From NCBI GenBank assembly GCA_964016885.1, contig OZ024743.1, positions 372,248,001 to 372,312,000 on the forward strand: a stretch of DNA of 64,000 nucleotides, in the 5' to 3' direction. A program made the translations under genes and the position numbers. Positions within the stretch are counted from its first letter, which is position 1, and each line of letters opens with the position of its first letter. The DNA comes from Eledone cirrhosa. Its lineage: Eukaryota. Below the pieces are notes generated by a model. It was not told the DNA's origin and searched no databases. It saw nothing but the letters and a program-made list of their open reading frames with translations. Below are positions 1 through 8,630 of this stretch, one piece after another.

Positions 1-2110
1 CAAATATTTGTATCCCTCTTCAGTGTCGATTTCCTTTATCATCTCACCTGTTGGTACTTGGATTTCGTTGCTTCTGTTCAATTTACCCCGCTTCATCACT
101 AGGACTCCACACTTATTAACACCAAATTCCATACATATATCATTGCTAAAAATATGGACAGTGTCAACAAGTACATCCAACTCCTTCTCACTTTCCCCAA
201 AGAGTTTTAGATCATCCATGAAGTTGATGGTAAGCTCCCCTCTTCCCAGCTTGTATCCTGCTTTCACTTTTCGCAATATGAGGGACAAGGGTATGAGGGT
301 AAGGACAAACAACAAAGGGGACAAACTCTCCTTGAAATATACCTCACTTGATCTTCACTCCACCCAGGTCTTCATACTATTACTTAATAGCTGTCTGATG
401 CTGTCTGTCACCTTGAAGATCTCTAGGCTTTTGGTTATCCAAGAATGAGGAACCATGTTGAATACCTTCTTGCAGTCTATCCATCAAAATGGCAAAACCA
501 GTATGCCTCCTCTTGCAGTTCCTTATTACCATCCTGTCAATAATTAACTGGTCTTGTGTACCACGGGACTTCTTTCGGCGTCCTTTCTGTTCGTCCAGCA
601 ACAAGTTGTTGATGTGGAGGTGATGTTAGATCTTCTCAGACACAATGCTTGTTAACAATTTCCACATTACGGACAGACATGTGATAGGCCTATAGTTGGT
701 AACCTCATTACCCTTGATCGGTCTTTTATTACCAGAACTGTGGTACCTTTTGTCAACCACTCTGGTACTTCACCCGACACCAAGCAATCATTGAATATGG
801 CTGTCAATTTGGGTAGAGGGATGTTATATTTTTTGTCCAATATCCTTGCACACCATCTGGGCTTGGTGATATCCAGTTGGTTAGTTCTTTGGCCTGCTTT
901 CTAAGAGTTTCAACTGTGATACTCTAATCAGGTTGTTGGTGTGCTTGTTCACTAATCTCCTTTTTAACTGCCTCAATCCACACTGCCTGACTATTATGGT
1001 TAACACCCTGCTCCCATATTCCTCTCTAAAATGCCTTAGTCTGTTCAGCTTCAGGGATCAAGTCGTTACTTCTTTCTTTCCCTTCAATCTGTTCAAATAA
1101 CATCTTCTGGTTGTTGTCAAACATGTGGTTCTGTCTATACTGACTGACTCTGTTCTCATATCTTTTAATCTTTGCCCTTTTTGCTACTATGCGTTGCTTA
1201 AGTTCCTCTATGATAACATTTAGCTCTTTTCCCTTAGTGTCTATGTTTTGTAATGTCCCATTTAGTAAAGACTCAAGCCTTCCAATGTCATTTCCTTGAT
1301 TTGACCATTCAGTCTTTTCTTCCACCAAGCTTCTGTTCTTTCTTGTTTGTTGTTTCCTCTCGTTTTTATACCAAGTAAATCTTTCACCACATTTGCGGTT
1401 ACTTTGAGGATGTTGTTGCATTGGTGAAGGTTCTTCACCTCAAGGTATGGGATGACCTTGTTTAACTTAACCGTCGTTTCTTTTAACTTTTTCCTGTCTA
1501 CAAATCTTAGGTTCATAGGTTTTCCACTATCATTGTTCATTTCATCTACCACTAAGTTCAGAATATCATCAAAATCTTGCCCTAGCCCGTCAGCATTCAT
1601 TTCCTCAATGGCCGTATCTTTGTTCCAGATATTATTTATTTCAGCATTCAGGTCATTGTCTGTTTCGGTTGCTTTCTCAGGTCTCTCAACCTCTTCACCT
1701 TCATTTCCCACTGGCTCATTTGCCTAATATACCCCACTTTTCATTTCCAACTCAATCTCTCTGCTCAGTTCCTATAATTCCAACTCGCTTATCCATCCAT
1801 TAGTTCTTATTACCCGAGCCTGACCCGCCAGCTTTTGTTCAAACAATTTAAATAAACCAACCTCATTCCAGATTTTATGCATCCATTTCCTATAGCCTTT
1901 TCCCATGGGGTCACTCTTCAGGTAACATTTCATGACAGTTCTATTCAATTCTTTCGTCCAGTTGGTTCTTGTCCCTTTCCTTCTTCTTCCTCCTACACCA
2001 GCAGTATTTGGATTACAGCCAGGTGCCTACTGCTGCGCCAGGGAGCACTTGTTGGGTGATAGACTTTCACATGAAGTTCCAGCCTGCTTTTCAACTATTT
2101 AGGTTCAACA
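1..2110 (-). mobile_element. Decayed R4/Dong-clade (RLE-type) non-LTR retrotransposon: N-terminal region and reverse transcriptase, continuing beyond the window start
   Basis: Minus-strand translation across stops and frameshifts. N-terminal block NWTKELNRTVMKCYLKSDPMGKGYRKWMHKIWNE...EQKLAGQARVIRTNGWISELE (~1775-1960). EELKQRIVAKRAKIKRYENRVSQYRQNHMFDNNQK (ORF 1026-1421). NYRPITCLSVMWKLLTSIV (~645-700). EQKGRRKKSRGTQDQLIID (ORF 380-604). RGIFQG-(frameshift)-SLSPLLFVL (~300-345). INFMDDLKLFG...MEFGVNKC (~110-228). These motifs are typical of R4/Dong RTs from memory; no database search was run. The 5' boundary is approximate. Confidence 0.88.
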
Positions 2111-2290
2111 TTTAAACACTCGTATCGCGGATTAGTGAATTTAAGGTTGCACCAACACCAATATTTTTCTCATGACACCATCACGTTAAAAAAAGAAAAA
2201 AAAAGGTTTTGGGACAATTTATGTGACATTTATCTATCATTATTTTTGCGCTGTCTTTAATGTTCTCATAAATAATTATTATTATCTTAA

Positions 2291-2365
2291 GCTGTCAATA
2301 AATTAGAGCCTCAGTAATACACTGGGGAAATTGCTGGCCCTGTGCCAAAAGTAGAAACAATTATT
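2291..2365 (+). mobile_element. SINE 3' fragment
   Basis: AGTAATACACTGGGGAAATTGCTGGCCCTGTGCCAAAAGTAGAAACA closely matches the reverse complement of 8034-8078 (AGTAATACACTGGGATAATTGCTGCCTTGTTCCTAAAGTAGAAACA). It is followed by an (ATT/ATC)n tail. Confidence 0.72.
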
Positions 2366-2388
2366 ATCATCATCAGCATCTACCATTT

Positions 2389-2535
2389 ATGGTCCGAGCC
2401 CAAATCCTGCTGAGGTCAACCCTGCTCCTCACCTCTATGTGGTCGACAAAACAAAGCACCAGCAATTCATTGGGGGATCGCTGGCCCTGTGCCAAAAGTA
2501 GAAACAATCACTATCATCAGCATCACCACTATCAA
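2389..2535 (+). mobile_element. Degenerate 5'-truncated SINE (B-box remnant, body and 3' end) with (ATC)-rich tail
   Basis: ATGGTCCGAGCCCAAATCCTGCTGAGGTCAAC...GTCGACAAAACAAAGCACCAG...GCTGGCCCTGTGCCAAAAGTAGAAACAAT aligns by eye with the minus-strand SINE at 8031-8207 (ATGGTCTGAGTTCAAATCCCGCCGAAGTTAAC...TTCGATAAAATAAAGTACCAG). Confidence 0.72.
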
Positions 2536-2603
2536 CATCAACAAATCATTATCATTTTTCAGTGGTGGTAGTAGTGGTGGTGATACTCGACGTCGTCGTC
2601 GCC

Positions 2604-2623
2604 GTGTGTGTGTGTGTGTGTGT
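2604..2623. repeat. (GT)n microsatellite
   Basis: Pure GT run, preceded by short (GTC)n and (GGT)n tracts. Confidence 0.95.
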
Positions 2624-3114
2624 ACATACATATATATGTTTATATCATCAGCATCATCATTTTTACGCCATGGCCATTTTTGTAAATTCCACCACCCTCA
2701 CAATTAATTGATTTGACAGGAGTCAATAACCCATTGATACCAAAAGTTCTTTGACAACTCAGTCACCCAATGAAAATTTTTTGTTTACTTAGAATAAATG
2801 ATACCTGAAATGCGTGGGCATTCGTGTGTGTGTGTGTGGGAGGGGGGGTACTTAAATGTGAATGTGAACCTTATCTTTTATCTGTCATTGTATTATTGTA
2901 TATATTTCTAAAAATAGATCTTTCAAAGAGTCCCTGCTCTTCAAAATCCTTTGGCCAACGACCTCTACCCATCTTCAACATCACCACCTACTCCAACCAC
3001 CAGGAAACATATAAATACAACTGTATTACAATGGCAATTGGCATTCCTGGTGATTTCTTTCGAATGAAATAGTTCTAGTCCTGTAGAAGCCATTTTTATA
3101 TGAAAAGTTATATG

Positions 3115-3560
3115 TATATATATGTTTAAACAAATAGTAGAAAGGAAAAAATCCAGTAGAAAATGCTGGAGGCATGTTTTCAGTATAATATCGAAACATT
3201 TATTTATAAAGTGAGTATTTCCGCTTTTAATCGTGGTACCAGTTTCAGCATTATATGCTTTTTCAACGGCGGAAATGCAAATTGCAGTTAGCCAACTAAC
3301 AGAATACGAAGGATAATCTCGGACAGAAACATGAACCTTCCTCTCTAAATATGTATGTAAAAACTAATAATTTTTATTCCCCATTTTATTATTATTCGTA
3401 TAAATATGCAACTTAACTGCACTTTGCACTTCCGCTGTTTAAAAAGCATACCACAAGTAATAAATGTTTATAAATAAATGTTTTGATATTATACTGAAAA
3501 AATCCCTCCAGCATTTTCTACTGAATTGCTTTCCTTTCTACTATTTGTTTATATATATCA
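3115..3560. repeat. Imperfect inverted repeat (arms ~3115-3290 and ~3415-3560) around a ~125-bp spacer; MITE-like or inverted PLE pseudo-LTR relic
   Basis: TAAACAAATAGTAGAAAGGAAA pairs with TTTCCTTTCTACTATTTGTTTA. CAGTAGAAAATGCTGGAGG...CAGTATAATATCGAAACATTTATTTATAAA pairs with TTTATAAATAAATGTTTTGATATTATACTG...CCTCCAGCATTTTCTACTG. TATGCTTTTTCAACGGCGGAAATGCAAATTGCAGTT pairs with AACTGCACTTTGCACTTCCGCTGTTTAAAAAGCATA. Confidence 0.88.
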
Positions 3561-3582
3561 ACTCGTGTCACTTTTCTACATT

Positions 3583-3584
<2 letters not shown>

Positions 3585-3626
<42 letters not shown>
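3585..3626. repeat. (AT)n microsatellite
   Basis: Pure AT run of about 21 units. Confidence 0.97.
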
Positions 3627-3630
<4 letters not shown>

Positions 3631-3879
3631 TAGTAATTTAACAATGAAAACAATAAGAAAGTCATGTTATTGTTTTCATTGTTAAATTAATATCCAATAC
3701 CATCTCTGTACCTAAGGGATTAACTCACCGGAACACGGAACATTTCTATAGATTTTACTGGATTATTCTCTATTGGATTACATTGAGTTCTATCTACCGT
3801 ACGGACCCTGTCGTTGACCACATTGAATATATATATATATTGGAAAATGTGTGAAATCCTTGGTACAGTTAGGTATATT

Positions 3880-4080
3880 TTAAAAAATGAAAAGAATGAC
3901 TTCACATGTAGTTCTAAACAATTTAATTTTATTTTATTTTATAATATTTTACAATTTGGTTTTGTAGATCTAGTTGTTTTGTAGAACTAGATCTACAAAA
4001 ATAAATTGTAAAATATTATAAAATAAAATAAAATAAAATTGTTTAGAACTACAAGTGACGTCATTATTTTCCTTTTTTAA
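3880..4080. repeat. Near-perfect ~200-bp AT-rich palindrome (arms ~96 bp, 9-nt loop at 3976-3984)
   Basis: TTAAAAAATGAAAAGAATGACTTCACATGTAGTTCTAAACAATTT...TTTTGTAGATCTAGTT [GTTTTGTAG] AACTAGATCTACAAAA...AAATTGTTTAGAACTACAAGTGACGTCATTATTTTCCTTTTTTAA. Confidence 0.93.
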
Positions 4081-4397
4081 TATATATATATATATATGTA
4101 GAAGTTATATTTAATTTGTTGGGATACAACAAGCGAATATTTTTATAACTGATATAAAGCACTCAACAAATTTTGTGAGTAAAAATACAATATATTAACA
4201 AATCCGGGAACTTCCAACCGACATGGTCGCATTCTTTAAGGGTATGTCAATATTTGTTTATAAAACTGATCTATTTTATATTTTATCTGATGAAAGCGCA
4301 CCATAATTTGCTTTGGTGTCCTTGAAATATGTATAATGAAATAAATATGGTTTTATAAATATAATTTCCATTTGTTAATATATTGTATATATATCTC

Positions 4398-4476
<79 letters not shown>
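4398..4476. repeat. Compound (TA)n(GT)n microsatellite
   Basis: TA run from ~4398, followed by about 30 GT units (4417-4476). Confidence 0.97.
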
Positions 4477-4477
<1 letters not shown>

Positions 4478-4594
4478 CAGAAGAGATTGTTTTGGTAAAA
4501 ACAGGAGTAAGCAGGAGAAAGCTTGCAACAATCGTTGTTTTTAGTTACGATGGAGATTTTATAAAAATAACAAAATAAGATGCTGAGGTTACAT

Positions 4595-4702
4595 ATATCG
4601 TTTAATCATAATAATTATTTCCACGGTTCTCCATGCAATCGAGATGCCCTACATGCATTTGCTGTTGTGATGAGAACGGTATCCTCAGATGATATTCGAT
4701 AT
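4595..4702 (-). ncRNA. Predicted type I hammerhead ribozyme in the PLE 3' end/pseudo-LTR
   Basis: Minus strand reads AUAUCG-aau-AUCAU CUGAGGA UACCGUUCUC...GAGAACCGUG GAAA U-AAUU-A UU^ AUGAU-uaaa-CGAUAU. Core boxes are at 4688-4682 and 4621-4618. Stems I, II and III can all form. Predicted cleavage is between 4610 and 4609. Confidence 0.8.
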
Positions 4703-4770
4703 GTTTGATATGTTACTGGCAGGAAAAAACATCCTATTGCTTGTGTGCCCAGCAGACATATGAGTTCCTT
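4611..4770. repeat. Left arm of ~160-bp inverted repeat (partner 7866-8029)
   Basis: ATAATTATTTCCACGGTTCTCCATGCAATCGAGATGCCCT...CAGCAGACATATGAGTTCCTT is the reverse complement of 7866-8029, with a handful of substitutions and one 4-bp indel. Confidence 0.95.
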
Positions 4771-4922
4771 GAAGGATTTGCCAGCCGTCGTGTTTGCTAG
4801 AAAAAGCTATCAACGAAAAAAACGAAAAGACTGTGTGTAGCCAAAACCCAGTAGACAGTGGAAGCAATAAATGGAGCTCTGAGGGAGGGTGGGGTATATA
4901 TTTTGTTGACAACCACCTTAAG

Positions 4923-4931
4923 ACAACAACT

Positions 4932-4962
<31 letters not shown>

Positions 4963-5440
4963 CGACTACGACAACAACGATAACGACAATAGCAGCAAAA
5001 CACCGACCAATATCGTCCACACTGGCCGCATCAGTCGTAGTGATATTACTACCCTACTGACAACAACAACGAAAGCTACAGCTACAGTAAACAGTTACAA
5101 CAACAACAACAGCAAAAACACAGACCAGCGTCGTGTACATAGGCCGCAGCAGTCGTAGTGACGGCATCACCCTGCCGACAATAACGACGATAACTGCCAC
5201 AGCAATAAAAGGAGTTCTGAGGTAGGTGGATACACAGAATTGGTGGCACCTATCACCATGACTATATATAGCAACAACAACAATAGTAACAGCAACAAAC
5301 ATTAACACCGCCCATCACCTACCTCGGTCGTCGTAGTAGTGGTGGTATCATTGATATTAGTATCAAGTCAATGGCAATGAGCACCCATTACCCGGGAGCC
5401 AGACAGTGGTAACACCAACAACAATAACAACAACAACACC
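4923..5440 (+). repeat. (ACA)n microsatellite and ACA-rich degenerate repeats
   Basis: Near-pure ACA run at 4923-4990, with shorter ACA tracts near 5060, 5100, 5275 and 5420. Confidence 0.85.
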
Positions 5441-6042
5441 AGTGATAAGCTCACCACTGTGACAGCGGCAACAAGAAAAGGTCTCGCTTCCATCCAAAGA
5501 CACAAGGCCAGTAGTAAATACATTGCAGAGAAAAACAAACTAACCACAATAGTAGTCCGTTGAAACAAAAAAAGCGAAAAATGGGACAGAAATATAGATG
5601 GATATTTATATATATAAATAAATACATGCACAGTTAATACAGTCCTCTCTATCACTCTAAGACACAAGGCTAGCAATACTTACAGTGCAGAAAATCAACA
5701 AACCACAATAGCATTCAGTTGTAACTACATTGCCATCAATACTATTAAAAGGGTTGTTAGACTATGGAAGAGAGTTACGGGAAGCGAAAGTAGGGACAGA
5801 AACAAGCAAATAAGAATTCGAGAACACATATAGAGAACATAATAATAAAAGAACGAGACAAAAATAATAAAGACAACAGTAGGTATACAAACAGAGAATG
5901 AGGAACAAGGGACATGAAACATGTACACACAGAGACTCCAGGTGTGCAAACAAGTTATCCACGGTTCGCCTGACGCTGGGGTTGCTGTGTGGCCACGCCC
6001 GGCTCCCACGGTCAAGCTTGCAATAGTCCTCAACTAGTACAA

Positions 6043-6480
6043 CTATGTTGTTAGTCCGTACAGTTTGAGGAAGGTTCCATATGATCTGTGGAGGCAGTTG
6101 CTGAAGAGGTTACTCCTTTTATTGATAACTCGAGCTCCACTCTCGATTATTTCCATAATCTCGGTGACACACAAATCGCATGAGTCATGTCCACCCCCTC
6201 TGTAGGGTTGGGATGAGGCTTCGTTGGACCACGACAAGGTGTATTCTAAGTTATCATGTTTGAGATGCCACACTAGTTCTGAGAGGACGGTGCTGTATTT
6301 CTTATCAACTCTCCTAAAGTTGTGGCAGTGATTGTACCAGCGTTCCTTAAATTTATTAGCCGTGGCTCCGATATAGGTGAAGGTTTGGTTGTTGGCACTC
6401 ACCCTACATTCATATACTAAGCCACTGCTGAGGCACTTGCCTTCTAGGGGGTAGTTACTGGGGTTTCTACAGTTACAGCT
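6043..6480 (-). pseudogene. PLE GIY-YIG endonuclease domain with preceding CxC motif (locally open frame)
   Basis: ORF 6043-6585: CNCRNPSNYPLEGKCLSSGLVYECRV...TYIGATANKFKERWYNHCHNF...STVLSELVWHLK...CDLCVTE...INKRSNLFSNCLHR. It has the LVY/YIG pair, catalytic Arg, Glu and Asn, and the Cys/His residues typical of PLE endonucleases. Confidence 0.9.
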
Positions 6481-7865
6481 CGGAGGGGTGCTGCCACCCG
6501 GATCTCCGGATCGCGTTGTATGATTCCCCGGCCGTTCATATATTACCAACAGAGGAAGAGGCATTTGTGTGGTGCGCCTCCTCACGGTTGCTGGTTACCT
6601 CGGAGTCGCGGACGTTTTTCAATCTACTTCGGTTTAAGGCTTCTATATTTTACGCTAGTTTCTAGTTGTGGAGTGGAACAATTTAATAGTGTGCCTGTTG
6701 AAAATAGCGTGGTACGGTGCTGCTTATGGAAGTGCTTATCGAAAGCCCTGAAGAAAGAGGCTGCTAGGTTGTTGCGTAAACCGGTGCAGAAGGTGTGGTG
6801 GGGGATTTAAACCAAATGACATTACGGGAACGGGTTCGCTTCCTGTTGTAGTCACCAGTCCCCGCACCCGTTCCGTCATAGTATGTGTTACGTAGTCGTT
6901 GTGGACGTCTGGAAGAGCCATACCCCCCCCCCCCCAATTCGTCGTTGCCCGTTGGGTTGGTTATGCTGATCGGAACACCCCGAACTGAGTGGTCTCCGTT
7001 CGTAGCGAGGGAGGTGGTTCGTACCTTCCACGCTGACTCCCGGGCCCACAAATGTCCCCCGCGGCTCTACCGCGTCGGCTTCCTTGCATTCCAAAGTAGC
7101 CGAGGTCTGGTCCCTTCCTAATAAGCCATGGTTAGCAGTTCCTCCAGGATTACTCTGTAGTGTGGTATCAGGGATGAGTAATGAAGTCCTAATCGTGTTG
7201 GTCCCGTCGTTGTTTCCTTCCGATGTGTTACTGTCAGCGGTAACGTTATTCATTAGACTGGGTATAAACTTAATTTTCTCCTTGTAACCTGCATTATTTA
7301 GGGCATTATTATAATAGCTAACTACGTTATTGAAGGTTTCTTAGCTAGCTGACAAAGAAGAAATCCTACGGGATTTGGCATTTATGTACTTGAGGCACTC
7401 GTTCGGCTTGTGGTACGGGTATAAGAGGCCGGATTCTAGATTGAGGGCAACATCCAGGAAGTTGACTATCTTTCTATTATTTTCTATGTCTATGCTGAGG
7501 CCTAGGTTTTTGAAAAATCTAATTAAGCTCTTTCTAGTCTTATTTATCATGCTATTGCTGTGGTCGGGTAGCGTAAACAACGGATCTCGCGGTATATTCC
7601 ACCGCCTAACGATGGGATTTCGCTTTTCAGGTTCCTGAGGATGCAGAGGCCCACCAGGTCAGTAACCTGCGCCGAGTCGCTCGCTCCCATCGTGATGAAT
7701 TCCTGGCAGTATGAATGATGTTAATTTCATCCCGGGTTAAATTTGTATGGCAGCGTGCAAACATAAGTGCCTTGTTAAGCACCACCGGGGAGATAGATGC
7801 ATAATAGTTACATATATCTAACTGTATAAAATTTGTCCTACCTTTGTACTGCAGGCCGTTAAACT
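6481..7865 (-). pseudogene. PLE reverse transcriptase (motif A to thumb) and linker, inactivated
   Basis: FIQLDICNYYASISPVVLNKALMFAR...EINIIHTARNS (~7830-7698). TMGASDSAQVTDLVGLCIL (~7693-7637). GIYR(D)D with a 1-nt deletion (~7600-7584). KIVNFLDVALNL...YPYHKPNECLKYINAKS. YNNALNNAGY. RSRNVIWF-NPP...FDKHF...AIFNRHTIKL. Several stops, frameshifts and deletions. Confidence 0.9.
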
Positions 7866-8030
7866 AAGGAACTCATATGTCTGCTGGGTACACAAGCAAT
7901 AGGACGTGTGTTTTTTCCTGCCAGCGACATATCAAACATATCGGTTATCATCTGAGGATACCGTTCTCATCACAACAACAAATGCATGAAGGGCATCTCG
8001 ATTGCATGGAGAACTGTGGAAATAATTATA
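7866..8030 (+). repeat. Inverted copy of the PLE 3' end, containing the hammerhead core but ending at the cleavage site
   Basis: CTGAGGA at 7952-7958 and GAAA at 8019-8022, then TAATTATA ending at 8030. The next bases (GCTGTTTC) belong to the SINE and lack the stem I partner ATGAT. Confidence 0.85.
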
Positions 8031-8207
8031 GCTGTTTCTACTTTAGGAACAAGGCAGCAATTATCCCAGTGTATTACTGGTACTTTATTTTATCGAACCC
8101 GTAAAGATGAAAGGCAAAGTTAACTTCGGCGGGATTTGAACTCAGACCATACAGGGCCGTAACTCTATGCTGCAAAGCATGGCATCCGACCCTTTACCGA
8201 TACTGCC
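8031..8207 (-). mobile_element. tRNA-derived SINE, near full length (resembles an octopus SINE family)
   Basis: Minus strand: A-box-like GGCAGTATCGGTAA, B-box GAGTTCAAATCCC, body GTTAACTTTGCCTTTCATCTTTACGGGTTCGATAAAATAAAGTACCAGT, and a 3' end shared with the fragments at 2291-2535. The family name is from memory only. Confidence 0.8.
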
Positions 8208-8305
8208 TTTAGCAGCATAGTATATTAATGTTATTGAGACACGAGTAACATAATAATGATGTCAACAGCAGAAATTAGAGATGAAATGTATGTTTATTTA
8301 TTTGT

Positions 8306-8617
8306 TGTAGCACAAATAATGTTTGTTAACTTGTATGGTTGAAGTTACACATAAAATGAGGTTACAAAAGGGAATGTGCCATTGTGCCAGGCCCAAGGAA
8401 AGCCGGCAGGCCAAAGTGCAAAATCTCACCGTCACATGTTCTACGTGTTGCTGGTTCGAAGTTCAGGGTGCGAGAGAGAGATTCTTCAAATCTTCGCGGG
8501 GAATTTCTCCCTCAGGGCGCGTAGGGATACATCCTCTTCTACTGGCGCTGATTTGCTGAGCTGAGCCAAATCACGCACAGAGAATGTATGTGAGCCCGCG
8601 GAATGTAGGTCACTACA
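8306..8617 (-). mobile_element. Probable 3' LTR (~312 bp) of an LTR retrotransposon
   Basis: Bounded by TGTAG (8306) and CTACA (8617), i.e. TG...CA with 5-bp inverted ends. It lies directly downstream of a polypurine tract on the minus strand and is more GC-rich than the AT-rich left flank. No second LTR is in the window. Confidence 0.55.
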
Positions 8618-8620
8618 ATA

Positions 8621-8630
8621 CTCCCCCTCT
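8621..8630 (-). other. Polypurine tract
   Basis: Minus strand AGAGGGGGAG-TAT-TGTAGTG, the usual PPT/LTR junction of Ty3/gypsy-type elements. Confidence 0.55.

Larger units (their letters stand above)
4595..8030 (-). mobile_element. 5'-truncated Penelope-like retroelement insertion (C-terminal EN+, probably Hydra clade) with long 3' region and an inverted 3'-end copy
   Basis: RT-to-GIY-YIG coding remnants run from 7865 to 6043. RT homology stops exactly where an inverted copy (7866-8029) of 4611-4770 begins, and a hammerhead motif lies in that duplicated end. Assigning 4771-6042 to the element is inferred from this architecture. Confidence 0.8.

Noticed and set aside
8-2059. Plus-strand ORFs 8-448, 1452-1727 and 1877-2059
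   Set aside because: Antisense shadows of the minus-strand R4/Dong coding sequence with no recognisable domains.
2389-6033. Short ORFs with poly-V, poly-T, poly-C, CV or IY runs and hydrophobic stretches
   Set aside because: Translations of microsatellites and low-complexity tracts; no splice or domain evidence for a gene.
4611-8029. DNA transposon with 160-bp TIRs
   Set aside because: No transposase and no evident target-site duplication. The interior is PLE RT/EN truncated exactly at the arm, and the arm carries a hammerhead, which fits an inverted PLE end better.
6520-8104. Plus-strand ORFs overlapping the PLE
   Set aside because: Antisense to the RT/linker or derived from the inverted end and SINE; no independent motifs.
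8125-8207. Functional tRNA gene
   Set aside because: A- and B-box-like motifs are present but no cloverleaf is evident, and the sequence continues into a SINE body found elsewhere in the window.
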